A stretch of 64,000 nucleotides of DNA, from positions 1 to 64,000 of IMG/VR virus record IMGVR_UViG_3300021255_001218; one strand, 5' to 3'. This document shows, piece after piece, positions 39,633 to 50,263 of this stretch; positions within the stretch are counted from its first letter, which is position 1, and each line of letters starts with the position of its first letter. The notes beneath the pieces were generated by a model. That model was given only the letters and a program-made list of their open reading frames with translations, had not been told where the DNA came from and did no database searches. The position numbers were made by a program, and so were the translations under genes. The stretch is from a virus (Duplodnaviria > Caudoviricetes).

Positions 39633-41186
39633 TTAAGAGTCTACAATTTCAAAAAGGAATGGACGTGCACCATCATCATCAATCTTATTCGGATCAAAGA
39701 TGATAGATTTACCATTAGCCATACCAGCAGGAAGAGCTGCAGCAATAAGTATAGCATTCGGATTACCATTATCAGCAGTCCAGCCACTACCAATAGACAT
39801 ACGACCATTGACAACAGTATTGTGTTTATATTTAGACGATACACGAGTCGGGATAAGAACTACGATATGAGAACCTTCCGGACCGGTAGTAAACATCTTG
39901 GATACGATATCATGACTATTGAAATCTACTACTACATCAGAAATGAATACATAGTTTTCAAAGTTTTCATCTACATAACCTACAGATGCTTTGAATACTT
40001 TATCCGCAACAATGGGTTTGAAATAGAACGGCAATGAAGTTTCACCAGTATCATAATAACCCATAAGCTCAAGATTAGTAATAGCCTTATAAGTAGAAGT
40101 CGGGAATGTAAACGTACCATCAGCAGCCATATCAACACCATTCATAGTAAGTTTAACAAACCGATTTAAATCAATGAAAGAACTATCAATCTTGAGTACA
40201 GTAGTAGTACCATCATCTTCACAGCTAGTAACTTCGAAACGAGGTTTAATAGAAGTGAGGATATTGGTCATATTAGCAATAACGCCTTTATCTACTGCAG
40301 AGTTTGCAGGATTAAATACGTTATATGCAGCACAACCAGTAAAGTCACCAAATGCAGACTGAGAATCGCATACATGGAAACGATCTACTACCATAGCACT
40401 CTTCGGGTTAATTACATTAACCTCTTCAGTGCTGAGTGTAGACAGAACGTATACCATATTCTTACTATCAATAGCAATAGCAGACGGACCATCACCTACA
40501 GCTATCGTAGTCGGTTCAACATAGCTATTCTCAGATGCTAACATAGTAACAGTATCATCTTCATAGTTAGCTACGAATACATTCATCTTCGTATCTACTA
40601 CAACTGCTACAGGGCGTTTACCAGTCGGAGAAGTAAGAGCTTTACGACCCTTAGTAATCTTAACAACACAGTTACTACCAGAGCAAGTTACCCAAATATT
40701 ATTCTGAATATCGCAGGTAATACCTTCCGGATTAAACGGAACCTGAATGCGATCTACTACAGTGCGATTTACAATCTTTACTACAGTATTCGATAAGTAG
40801 CATGCAACGTAAATCGTACCATTGCTATCGGATACTATACCTTTCGGACCAGCATCTACATTAATAGGATATGCATATGGCTGATTGTTTTCAATCAGAG
40901 TTACAGTATTATCACTGTAATTAGTTACATAGATAACTCCATTAGGATCTTCGCAGATAGCAAACGGTGTATTGCCAACAGGAATATCGCCGATTACTTC
41001 ATCATTATTAATACGAGTGATGCTATTAGAATCGCGATTAACTGTATATACATCAGCCATATTCTGAGCAACAAGCAAAGAACAAACCTGTTTAACTGTA
41101 TAAATACTTCCAACAACTTTGTTGTCTTCTACTGTATACAGCTTACCTTCATTGGGGCTAGCTATATATAAAGTATCTGGAAACAT
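39633..41186 (-). CDS. NHL/YncE-like beta-propeller protein
   Basis: repeated PxGIxxDxxGxIYVxNYxxxTV blades; late motif at 41222..41233. Confidence 0.8.
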   Translation of the reverse strand: MFPDTLYIASPNEGKLYTVEDNKVVGSIYTVKQVCSLLVAQNMADVYTVNRDSNSITRINNDEVIGDIPVGNTPFAICEDPNGVIYVTNYSDNTVTLIENNQPYAYPINVDAGPKGIVSDSNGTIYVACYLSNTVVKIVNRTVVDRIQVPFNPEGITCDIQNNIWVTCSGSNCVVKITKGRKALTSPTGKRPVAVVVDTKMNVFVANYEDDTVTMLASENSYVEPTTIAVGDGPSAIAIDSKNMVYVLSTLSTEEVNVINPKSAMVVDRFHVCDSQSAFGDFTGCAAYNVFNPANSAVDKGVIANMTNILTSIKPRFEVTSCEDDGTTTVLKIDSSFIDLNRFVKLTMNGVDMAADGTFTFPTSTYKAITNLELMGYYDTGETSLPFYFKPIVADKVFKASVGYVDENFENYVFISDVVVDFNSHDIVSKMFTTGPEGSHIVVLIPTRVSSKYKHNTVVNGRMSIGSGWTADNGNPNAILIAAALPAGMANGKSIIFDPNKIDDDGARPFLFEIVDS

Positions 41187-41235
41187 ATCTTTATTCCTCC
41201 TTAATTTTTGATATTGCTACTTATCAAGATGTCGT

Positions 41236-42039
41236 TTAATCCTCTTTGATACTATTAAATAACTCATCTAACTCTTCTTCTTTTTTAAGCACCTCAGCTA
41301 GCTTTAAGGCTGAAGTTATGGCTATTTTATCCATATCTTTTATACCATTTTTCAATAAAGCTATATCTATTTTCACTATCTCATAATGATCTCTAAACGG
41401 ATCTAGATTAAAATTACTATTATTGATAACCATATCTTTTTTATTTAAAGATTTTTTAGCTCTCTCTATATTATGAAGTATAATATCCAATCTTTTATCT
41501 ATATCTATAACTGTTTCATTAGCTTCTTTTTGTTTCTCTTCTACTTTATCATCTTTCTTTTCTTCTTCTTTTTTAAATTCTGGTATCTTTTCTAAATCAG
41601 CATCAGATATTATATCTTCTTTGATTTCACTTTTTGATTCAGATGGAGTGGATTTAGATTTTGCTTCTAATTCATCTAATCCATCATGTTTATCCACTTT
41701 ATTTTTGATACTAAAAAACCCGAGAATATATTCTATTAAAGAGGAAGACCCCTTTATTGTACCCATTCTTTTAGTTAATTCATTTCCAAGTAATCCAAGT
41801 ATTAATGGTGGTAATAATATGAATCTTGGATTAAATGATACTATAAGAGGGTTTATAGAATACGATATAATAAATACAACTACTACTGTAGATATTACAT
41901 TGGGATTTTTTAAGAATCCTTTATCTACTCCACCAAAAATGTATTCATGTACTGAGGCACCTATAAAGGAGACTAAAATAATTAAAACCGCTTCTAAAAC
42001 GGAAACGAAATCTTTTATATCTAAGAGTTCATTTGTCAT
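41236..42039 (-). CDS. membrane protein, possibly holin/lysis-associated
   Basis: three N-terminal hydrophobic segments plus a charged coiled tail; next to the holin-like gene. Confidence 0.45.
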   Translation of the reverse strand: MTNELLDIKDFVSVLEAVLIILVSFIGASVHEYIFGGVDKGFLKNPNVISTVVVVFIISYSINPLIVSFNPRFILLPPLILGLLGNELTKRMGTIKGSSSLIEYILGFFSIKNKVDKHDGLDELEAKSKSTPSESKSEIKEDIISDADLEKIPEFKKEEEKKDDKVEEKQKEANETVIDIDKRLDIILHNIERAKKSLNKKDMVINNSNFNLDPFRDHYEIVKIDIALLKNGIKDMDKIAITSALKLAEVLKKEEELDELFNSIKED

Positions 42040-42123
42040 TATTTAATCTGCCTCCTTTCTATAAAAAAATGAGGGAAGAATCCAATCTCCCCTCATGTTT
42101 ATTAATAAATATATAGATTAGTA

Positions 42124-42561
42124 TCATTTCTTTTCTTCAAATGGAATATCTACTTTACTAGCTATTCTAATAGCTTCATTCTTGATTGATTCTTTAGCAG
42201 CATTCTTTATATTTTCTTTAGTATTTTCTATAGCCTCAGCTATATTATCTTTCTTATTTTTGAGTATACTATCTAAAGTGACAGATTCTGTACTACCAAT
42301 AGCAGAGTTGTATTTACTATTAACGAATTTATTACCAAACTGTAATGCTAAACCACCACCACCGGTATATGAAGCAAATACAGAATAATCTTCCCAATGC
42401 TTATTCTCATACATAAGATAGAAAGAACCTATAATAAATACTAAGTATCCAGTAAATGCTAATAAACGAGTTAATGAGAGATTTCCACCTTCAAAGAAGC
42501 AGCTACTCATTATACGTCTAAACCAACGAATCCAAGAAGATAATTCTTTACTAACAGTCAT
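42124..42561 (-). CDS. putative holin
   Basis: FEGGNLSLTRLLAF transmembrane segment, NKFVNSKYNS; ATG at 42561 with AAGGAG RBS, late motif at 42597..42608. Confidence 0.55.
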   Translation of the reverse strand: MTVSKELSSWIRWFRRIMSSCFFEGGNLSLTRLLAFTGYLVFIIGSFYLMYENKHWEDYSVFASYTGGGGLALQFGNKFVNSKYNSAIGSTESVTLDSILKNKKDNIAEAIENTKENIKNAAKESIKNEAIRIASKVDIPFEEKK

Positions 42562-42596
42562 TACAAAAACTCCTTTCTTATATATTTTTATATGCT

Positions 42597-42628
42597 TACA
42601 GAAATGTCTCAAATTCGACATTTCCATA
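42597..42628. promoter_or_regulatory. divergent pair of late-type promoters
   Basis: GACA-TTTCTG-TA on minus and GACA-TTTCCA-TA on plus. Confidence 0.55.
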
Positions 42629-42661
42629 ACCTTATACTATATATAGGAAAGGAGATTCTTT

Positions 42662-44368
42662 ATGGCAAATAGATCAATTCTGATGATTCCATATGATGAA
42701 AGATCAGAACGAAAAGATAGCATTATAAATGGAGAAGAATTTGAATATAATGATAGATTTCTTCTTATTTCAAATAAAGAGATTCCTAAAGATTCCAGAA
42801 TATATGCTGAGATTACTATAACTGAGCATCCATATAATAAAGAGATAAGACACATTCCTATATACTTAGGAATACATAAAGAACCATCTTGGGGAGTATT
42901 AGCATCGGATTGTTGTTTAGGAAATGTATTTTATAAACGGTATTTTACACAAACTGAAAATGATGGTGAGTATCTTGCATTTAATATGATGGAGAGACAC
43001 AATCATGCTGGGGTAATGACCCAGCAATTTACTTTTAACGTTTATGCTAAAGTACCTATAATAAATGGTGTTATTGGTGTAGGAATAGATATGCTAAATA
43101 ATACTATAAATCTCTATTCTGAGGGTAGATTGTTTTACTCATTCAAACCACAAACGTTTAATATGAATAACCAATCTAATAGTGTATTCTTAGCATTTTA
43201 TCAGTCTGAAGTAGGAGAGCATATTAAAGGATTTATAAATCTTGGTAGATATAAAACGGCTTATCTTCCTACAGGGTATTTTACAATGTATCAGGAATAC
43301 TTTGATAAGATGCCTAGTAGTTATGATATATCAGGTATTATAAAAGTTGGTACAATATATCTTAATCCTCCTAGAATGTGGGATTGGCCTGGAAGATTAG
43401 ATATATCTAATGATGTAGCACCATTACTAGATGGATCAAGAGATGTATATTTAGGGTTTAATCATCCAGCATCTATGATATATTTTAAAAATCCTCCGTA
43501 CAATACAGTATCCAATAATAATGCCTTTAACTTCTATTCTAATATTGTAACTCAATCGGATCATGATATTGCTTATATTACTTACCCAATGGCTCCTAGA
43601 CAGAAAGTATATTTTGAATTTACTTGTAGAGGAGCTACAATGAACGATTCTATTTTAGGTATACCATTATCTATAGGAATCACTAAAGACCCTAATAATA
43701 TAAATAGTAAAACTTTTAAGTTTGATTTATTCCATCCTAGAATGGATGGTTATAGGGTAGAGACTATAGTAAATGGTAATACTTATACTGGAGGTAATTA
43801 TAGTATTCTCAATCCATCTGCACCATATCAGCCCAATGTAATTGGCGTAATGGTAGATAAAACTAATAATACAATAGCTGTATATACTGATGGTACTAAG
43901 TTCTGTGAGCTTACTAGTAATATAGCAGACTTTAGTGAGATTACAGAATTAACTTACTTCTTCTTTGAAGGTAGACCTGATGTATTTACTGGTGAAGGCC
44001 ATGTAATATGTAACTTTGATGAAGATAAAGATATTCCATTAAGATATACTGATGTATATGACCAGTCTACTATTATGAGTTTAGGTTATTATTATACTTA
44101 CACAATCAGATTCCCGTACTGGTATGATCTTGATGCTACTATAAAAGTAATTGATGAGTTTATTAGTTACAATAGATATATCTATGGTAACGTTATAGTA
44201 GAAGATGTAAGTGAAGAGAATAATGGTTGGACTCCTGGTGTTAATAAACTCTGGCATACTTATAATACGGTTTCCAATAACGATAATGATGATATCAACG
44301 TACCTGATAAATCAATATTTGATATTAGAAAACTTATGTCAGATGATGATACTAATAATAGAAGATAA
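42662..44368 (+). CDS. tandem SPRY/B30.2-like domain protein, probably virion-associated
   Basis: two copies of [I/V]Y[A/F]E.T...IP..[L/I]GI...VIGV..D..NNTI..Y..G. Confidence 0.65.
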   Translation: MANRSILMIPYDERSERKDSIINGEEFEYNDRFLLISNKEIPKDSRIYAEITITEHPYNKEIRHIPIYLGIHKEPSWGVLASDCCLGNVFYKRYFTQTENDGEYLAFNMMERHNHAGVMTQQFTFNVYAKVPIINGVIGVGIDMLNNTINLYSEGRLFYSFKPQTFNMNNQSNSVFLAFYQSEVGEHIKGFINLGRYKTAYLPTGYFTMYQEYFDKMPSSYDISGIIKVGTIYLNPPRMWDWPGRLDISNDVAPLLDGSRDVYLGFNHPASMIYFKNPPYNTVSNNNAFNFYSNIVTQSDHDIAYITYPMAPRQKVYFEFTCRGATMNDSILGIPLSIGITKDPNNINSKTFKFDLFHPRMDGYRVETIVNGNTYTGGNYSILNPSAPYQPNVIGVMVDKTNNTIAVYTDGTKFCELTSNIADFSEITELTYFFFEGRPDVFTGEGHVICNFDEDKDIPLRYTDVYDQSTIMSLGYYYTYTIRFPYWYDLDATIKVIDEFISYNRYIYGNVIVEDVSEENNGWTPGVNKLWHTYNTVSNNDNDDINVPDKSIFDIRKLMSDDDTNNRR

Positions 44369-44375
44369 AAAAGAA

Positions 44376-44399
44376 GGAAGGACCATTTAAGGTCCTTCC
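44376..44399. terminator. bidirectional hairpin
   Basis: GGAAGGACC-atttaa-GGTCCTTCC; T-run on the minus strand. Confidence 0.75.
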
Positions 44400-44503
44400 A
44401 ATAAATTTGGGGGTTTACAAATACGAAAAAGCAAATGCCATACAGGTCATTGTAAGAACTGAAACCACTACTGGCAATATAATGATTCCACGACCACGTA
44501 TTT
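44400..44503 (-). ncRNA. candidate late small RNA
   Basis: AACA-TTATCA-TA at 44514..44503, no ORF with an RBS, ends at the minus-strand terminator. Confidence 0.4.
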
Positions 44504-44604
44504 ATGATAATGTTGTATAGGGTATTATTATTTTAAACTATATACTATAAAAATGTAAGCAGTATTATTATACTGACTTATAAATTATTTAGGAGGTTTT
44601 GCTA

Positions 44605-45156
44605 ATGAAAAGGCTGTATGTCGAACCGATGGAGTTTAGTAGACAACTAACTTCAGATTGGAGAGCTACTTATGATGGGGAGGTAGTTTTATTCGACAAT
44701 ATTATCACAGGAAGGAGGATAGAAGTAAAAGCTGTACCTGGTCAGATGATCGGGTTTGTAGAGACTACAGGAAAATGGTTTAAAATGGGTACACCTAAAG
44801 ACCATAGAATGATTCCATTCTTTATCGCTGGATTTACTAAAAAGCATAGAGTAAATATATCCAGTAAATATCAGGATAATTTTATTGGATTCCATGAGAT
44901 GCTTAAAAAGCGTTATAATGGGACTAATAAGTATCTTGATGAGAATGGTGAGTTTATCTTAGATAAGTATGTAAAGTATCATACTATCAAAGATAATTAT
45001 GGTCGTATTAAAATTCAAACTCAACAAGGTAGGTTACTTAATGGTAATTACATTAGAGGTTGGTTTATTCATGATGACGTTACTGATAGAGAGATAAAGC
45101 AGTGGATTAAAGAGTATAACCGTTACAATGTATATCGTCCGATAATGTATATATAA
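44605..45156 (+). CDS. hypothetical early protein
   Basis: AGGAGG RBS; early motif at 44539..44555. Confidence 0.6.
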   Translation: MKRLYVEPMEFSRQLTSDWRATYDGEVVLFDNIITGRRIEVKAVPGQMIGFVETTGKWFKMGTPKDHRMIPFFIAGFTKKHRVNISSKYQDNFIGFHEMLKKRYNGTNKYLDENGEFILDKYVKYHTIKDNYGRIKIQTQQGRLLNGNYIRGWFIHDDVTDREIKQWIKEYNRYNVYRPIMYI

Positions 45157-45172
45157 GGAGAGTGATTACCAT

Positions 45173-45301
45173 ATGAAATACACTAAGCCCATTAGAAGTT
45201 TGAATACCAAGAGAGTCACTTTGTCTTTAAGTATAGGGGAGAGGATCCATAGGATTATAAGCAAATTAATAACTTTCCTATTTACCAGTAAAGGTATTTA
45301 A
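45173..45301 (+). CDS. 42-aa basic peptide (not in ORF track)
   Basis: AAGGAG RBS; MKYTKPIRSL...SKGI*. Confidence 0.35.
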   Translation: MKYTKPIRSLNTKRVTLSLSIGERIHRIISKLITFLFTSKGI

Positions 45302-45356
45302 GAAAGTTAGTAAAACAAATTAGAATAAGTAGGGTAATTAAACCCTACTTATTTTT

Positions 45357-46361
45357 TTACAATTCATCAGCAGCTCTATTACCTACTAATACCATTGGAT
45401 AACTTAAATTAGCATTAGAGTTAGTAGCTATACCATTAATAAAGTCAGGACGCATATTATCTAATAAGAAATTAGCAGGTCTCTGAATTCCTGGTACACT
45501 CTGACCAGTAGATACATCTACTACATCAAATGCTTTATTACCAGTAGTTTGGTCATAAACTACAACAGTCTTTATATTAGGATTCTTTTCAGCTAGCATT
45601 CTTGATTGAATAGGATTAAGATTTTGTTTATAGGATTCATACTGTTGATCAGCTAAACTATTCCCAGTAGTACCAGCAGTTATAATCTGTGGGGTCTGTG
45701 CTATAGGAGCACTAGGAACTACAGCACCAGAAAGATTAACTCCAGTATTGATTGAAGATTGTGCAAGAGGAGGATTGAAAGAAGGGAGACCATAACGAGT
45801 GGAATTAACCAAAGCATAAAATGCGTCTTGAATTCTCTTATCACTGTTTTCTTCACCTGTATCTTTCATCATCTGTTCTTTCTTCATTACAAGGTCATTA
45901 ATCTTATGCCTCATACTATTAAGTTCTCTTACAGCATTTACTTTAGCACCTATAGCAGCTACTTGTGTACTTAAGAAAGAAGCTACAGTCATCTGACGAG
46001 TTTTACCACCGTAAGATTTATTATTACGGTATTTCTCTAACTCGTTCTCTACGTTATTATAGATATTATCAGCCTGACCTACAGAACCCATAAGCAAAGC
46101 AGCCTGACCAGTATATCCTTTTTCTAATTGCGTTTCATAAGAATTTTTTTTGCGTTTAGCAGTCTCACGATCTTCGGTAACCATATCGGTATAAGTTACA
46201 CTACTTCCATCATTTCTAGGTCTACCAGGACCTCTTTTTCTAGGAGTTTCTACTGGAAGTGTTATAGCAGAACTACTATTATCGTCTACTACCATTTTGG
46301 ATGCATCTAAACCTATATTTCTATCTGATTCTTTACTGACTATTTCAACTACCTGAGTCAT
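45357..46361 (-). CDS. hypothetical protein with AT-hook-like motif and coiled coil
   Basis: PRKRGPGRPR; late motif at 46391..46402. Confidence 0.6.
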   Translation of the reverse strand: MTQVVEIVSKESDRNIGLDASKMVVDDNSSSAITLPVETPRKRGPGRPRNDGSSVTYTDMVTEDRETAKRKKNSYETQLEKGYTGQAALLMGSVGQADNIYNNVENELEKYRNNKSYGGKTRQMTVASFLSTQVAAIGAKVNAVRELNSMRHKINDLVMKKEQMMKDTGEENSDKRIQDAFYALVNSTRYGLPSFNPPLAQSSINTGVNLSGAVVPSAPIAQTPQIITAGTTGNSLADQQYESYKQNLNPIQSRMLAEKNPNIKTVVVYDQTTGNKAFDVVDVSTGQSVPGIQRPANFLLDNMRPDFINGIATNSNANLSYPMVLVGNRAADEL

Positions 46362-46448
46362 TATATTTAACCCTCCTATATATAAAATTTTATACTTTTG
46401 TTAAAACTTTCAATAATGATATACTATAAAAATGGAGTGGTATAATCA

Positions 46449-46763
46449 ATGAGTAGATTCTTCATTAATAACTTTTATAAGATCTATTTATTTTATGCAG
46501 TGGTTTATTTGATATACTCTTATTGTGTGATTAATATAGATTTCATATATTATCCAGAGGTACTGGCTTTCAGTATCTCTGACCAAATAACGACACATGA
46601 GTTTTTAGACAATCAGTTTCATTTTTTTACTTCGATATTGCTAATAGGAGTGATAATGGCTTTATTTGAATATAATCTGATTCATTTCGTATTTGAATTA
46701 GTATTACTCGTATGCTGTGTTATAATGACATATTTAGTTATAACAGGATTTGGTATAATCTAA
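46449..46763 (+). CDS. membrane protein
   Basis: three hydrophobic segments; early motif at 46418..46434. Confidence 0.5.
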   Translation: MSRFFINNFYKIYLFYAVVYLIYSYCVINIDFIYYPEVLAFSISDQITTHEFLDNQFHFFTSILLIGVIMALFEYNLIHFVFELVLLVCCVIMTYLVITGFGII

Positions 46764-46820
46764 AGATTCATTATTTTAAAAACATTTGTATGAGATGATA
46801 TATAGAGAGGGGAAAATGAT

Positions 46821-48740
46821 ATGCTAATAGTAGATGGGTATGAGCCTGGTAGTAATTTAACAATAATCAATGTAATTTATCAATATGCTAAGAAAGATCC
46901 TGAGACTGGTAAACGTACAAAAGATTTCGCAATTATTGTGTATAAAGATAATAATACTGGTGAGAAACATGCTACCACAATATATGAACCAGAATATACA
47001 TGGTATTTAGTAAAAGAAGGAAGACATCCAGATCCACACTTTGCTGAATTTGATGATGTAATTCCTATAACTTGTAAGTATTCTGAGGTTACTAAATCTA
47101 TAGCAAAAGAGACTGGTAATCTGGCATTATATAATAAAAATATACAAGATGGGAATTGGAGATTAAATAAACAATTCTTCTTACACCCAAGAAGTTATGG
47201 TGCAGATATACCAATCAAGAATTATTTGAGAATACAGTTTAATGAAACTTATAAGAATCCTATAATAGATTTGGATGTAATGTTTTTCGATACAGAAGCA
47301 GATATTATTAATTCATTGAATGATAATCCAGTAATGGGTGAATGCCCGACTGTAATGATATCTGCTATATATCCAAAGACTAATACAGTGTATTGTTTTA
47401 TGGTAAGAAATCCTAAGAATCCTCAAATAGAGAAATTAGAGAATTCTATTAAAGAAAATTTTGAAAAGATTAAAGCTGAGGTACATGAGTATATAAGAAA
47501 GCAGTTAGGAAAAGAGTATGATAAATATGCTAGTGTAGCTACACCAGAATTATCTATAGGATTCTTTGATACTGAGATTGAAATGTATATCACATTCTTT
47601 GATTTAATTAATCAATTAAGTCCTGATTTATTAATAGCATGGAATGGATTCGGATACGATTATGCTCAGATTACTGAACGTATTAAGGTATTAGGATATA
47701 ATCCGGCTGATGTTATATGTGATAGGAGAATTAAACCTAAAGTATTTGAATTGTTTATAGATGAGAAGAATAAGAATGACCCACAACAGAGAACTGATTA
47801 TGCAGATATATCAGTTATGTATGTATGGCAAGATGATATGATTATATATGCATCTCGTCGTAAAGGTGGTAAAGTAATAGAGTCCTTTTCATTGGATTAT
47901 ATTGGTGGTACAGAATGTAATGTACATAAATTCGACTATCATGAGATTACTACTAATATCGCTAAGTTCCCATGGTTAAATTATAAGCTGTTTTGGATAT
48001 ATAATATCTTAGACGTATTAGTTCAGGTTTGTATCGAAATAGCTACACAAGATATAAAGTTTATGTTTAATAACGTTATCGAGATGAATACATCTTTTGA
48101 TAAGATTTGGAGACAGACTAACTTCTTAGCAGCTAAAGGTGCAGACTTTTATATACATCATGAGAACGTTGTAATGGGTAATAATACGAATAGATTTAAT
48201 GATAAACCTTCGGAGAAATTCCCTGGTGCATTTGTAGCTAGACCTAACTTATTATCCGATAAGAATAAAGTAAAGACTCCATTAGGTACTATTAGTAAGT
48301 ATAATAATGCTGATGACTGGGATTATAAATCTCTGTATCCTTCTTTGATGCGTGAGTTTAATACAAGTCCTTCTACATTAATTGGTATGATACAGATAGA
48401 AGATGCACCATATCATGATCCAGATTATCTTAGAATAGCACCAGGTGGTACTTTTGTAGAGAACTTGGCATCTTATAACTATATTGAGTTCTGTCATAGA
48501 TGGCTTAATATGGCTAATGTAGAAGAAGCATTAGAAGACTTTGAAGAGTATTTTAATACTTATAGAACCCCAATGTATAAAGGAGAGGGTAATTTAGAAT
48601 TTGATAGAACGCGAAAAGTTATAGCTTATCATACAGATACAATAAATGGAAATCGCATGATAGCAAGTGTAGAAAGACCCATACCTGATTGGATATGGCA
48701 AGAAGTAAATAAAATAAGAGCGTCTATACCTATTAAATAA
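46821..48740 (+). CDS. B-family DNA polymerase, N-terminal subunit (3'-5' exonuclease + motif A)
   Basis: ExoI FFDTEAD, ExoII AWNGFGYD, ExoIII YNILDV, motif A DYKSLYPS; motifs B and C absent. Confidence 0.9.
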   Translation: MLIVDGYEPGSNLTIINVIYQYAKKDPETGKRTKDFAIIVYKDNNTGEKHATTIYEPEYTWYLVKEGRHPDPHFAEFDDVIPITCKYSEVTKSIAKETGNLALYNKNIQDGNWRLNKQFFLHPRSYGADIPIKNYLRIQFNETYKNPIIDLDVMFFDTEADIINSLNDNPVMGECPTVMISAIYPKTNTVYCFMVRNPKNPQIEKLENSIKENFEKIKAEVHEYIRKQLGKEYDKYASVATPELSIGFFDTEIEMYITFFDLINQLSPDLLIAWNGFGYDYAQITERIKVLGYNPADVICDRRIKPKVFELFIDEKNKNDPQQRTDYADISVMYVWQDDMIIYASRRKGGKVIESFSLDYIGGTECNVHKFDYHEITTNIAKFPWLNYKLFWIYNILDVLVQVCIEIATQDIKFMFNNVIEMNTSFDKIWRQTNFLAAKGADFYIHHENVVMGNNTNRFNDKPSEKFPGAFVARPNLLSDKNKVKTPLGTISKYNNADDWDYKSLYPSLMREFNTSPSTLIGMIQIEDAPYHDPDYLRIAPGGTFVENLASYNYIEFCHRWLNMANVEEALEDFEEYFNTYRTPMYKGEGNLEFDRTRKVIAYHTDTINGNRMIASVERPIPDWIWQEVNKIRASIPIK

Positions 48741-48800
48741 CAATAAATCGAAAGTAGAGGTATTAAACCTCTACTTTCCTTAAATTAAAGGAGACTTTAT

Positions 48801-49604
48801 ATGATAGAATATGGTGTACCTCATACATGTATATTAGATTTCAATTTGTGTGTTACATTATTTGAAATGTGTAAGACTGCTAGTTGTGATTATCTAATAA
48901 TTCCGAGAACTCTATTTCAATCTTCTGCATATAGTTCTATAGTAGGAGTAAAAGGAAATACTGTAGTATCAATCCATAAATATGATTATAACCCTTATCA
49001 GTTTGCGGATTTATGGGATGAACCTACTTTATCTCATATTATAATACAAAATAAAGACTTATCTCCATTTATAAGACAGATGAAAGATAACAACCTATCC
49101 ACTATGACTTTATTATATAATAAATTCAAGGTAAATGATAGAGAAATATCTGTAGGGAAAGCTATATTTAATGATACATTGATTACAGTATCTACTCCTC
49201 AAGGACCAGTAAAACTATATCCTACTATACAGATATTACCTGATACTAATTCTATGATGAATAATATAGTTGATATGATATCACTATTTAATGATGGTAA
49301 TACTGTAGGAGAAACGTCATTAGAGAATAATGAAACGTTTTTAAATATAATGAATACCAAAGCATCTGATGGAGCGTTATTATGGTTTCCTCCTCCACCA
49401 TTTAATGACCCTAATTATATGATGTTTTTAGCAAAGTCTATGATACCAATGAATAAGAATGATAAGATTAAGATGACCATAAAAAATAATTTAAAAGTAT
49501 TAAATCCAAGAGAGTTTATAGTAGAATTTGAAGTAGTAAAGAAAAAGAAGAAAGGCGTCTTTAGTTATCATAAGTATTATATGAAAGGGGTAGGTATGAT
49601 ATGA
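48801..49604 (+). CDS. hypothetical protein downstream of the polymerase
   Basis: 267 aa; AAGGAG RBS. Confidence 0.6.
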   Translation: MIEYGVPHTCILDFNLCVTLFEMCKTASCDYLIIPRTLFQSSAYSSIVGVKGNTVVSIHKYDYNPYQFADLWDEPTLSHIIIQNKDLSPFIRQMKDNNLSTMTLLYNKFKVNDREISVGKAIFNDTLITVSTPQGPVKLYPTIQILPDTNSMMNNIVDMISLFNDGNTVGETSLENNETFLNIMNTKASDGALLWFPPPPFNDPNYMMFLAKSMIPMNKNDKIKMTIKNNLKVLNPREFIVEFEVVKKKKKGVFSYHKYYMKGVGMI

Positions 49605-50203
49605 AAAAAGATGTAACAGTTGATGATATCGTAATTGAGGAGGTGATATCAGATTTAACTTTTGCTAATGATCCATCATATTTCCCAGAGAAATTATATG
49701 ATACTTTATTCAAAATGGATTTTATAAATAGTATTCAAAAATTATACCCCAATGCTAAAGACTGGATTACCAAAGTATCATCTGAAATTAAGAATGGAGA
49801 TGGTGATCATAGATTATTTGCTATGAGAAATATTAAGACTAAAATCATTTATGGTTTTTATATAATAAAAGATGATAAAGTGGATAATATGAAGAAGATT
49901 TGTACGTTATTTGTATTTAGTAGATATCGTAATAGAGGATTGGGTAAAGTTCTTTTAAAAGATGCAGTTAGTAAACTTAACTACTCCAAAGATAATATGA
50001 TATATCTTACTGTAGCTAACTGTAAGTTTAAGAGACTATTATATTTCTTTATGGATAGTGGATTCTGCTATTGGGATAGAAGAAGAAATTTCTATAAACG
50101 TGAATCCATTAGGAATATAATAGATGGTAATATACGAAATTCTCACTTAGGAGACGAACATATCTTCGTGTATAAAAATGCAAGCGATGTAACATACCAA
50201 TAG
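49601..50203 (+). CDS. GNAT acetyltransferase
   Basis: ICTLFV..RYRNRGLGKVLL acetyl-CoA-binding motif; F...GF. Confidence 0.8.
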   Translation: MKKDVTVDDIVIEEVISDLTFANDPSYFPEKLYDTLFKMDFINSIQKLYPNAKDWITKVSSEIKNGDGDHRLFAMRNIKTKIIYGFYIIKDDKVDNMKKICTLFVFSRYRNRGLGKVLLKDAVSKLNYSKDNMIYLTVANCKFKRLLYFFMDSGFCYWDRRRNFYKRESIRNIIDGNIRNSHLGDEHIFVYKNASDVTYQ

Positions 50204-50263
50204 TGTGATATAATATTATTACCATACTAATAATTTTGTTTATCCCTAAAGGAGGAATTTAAA

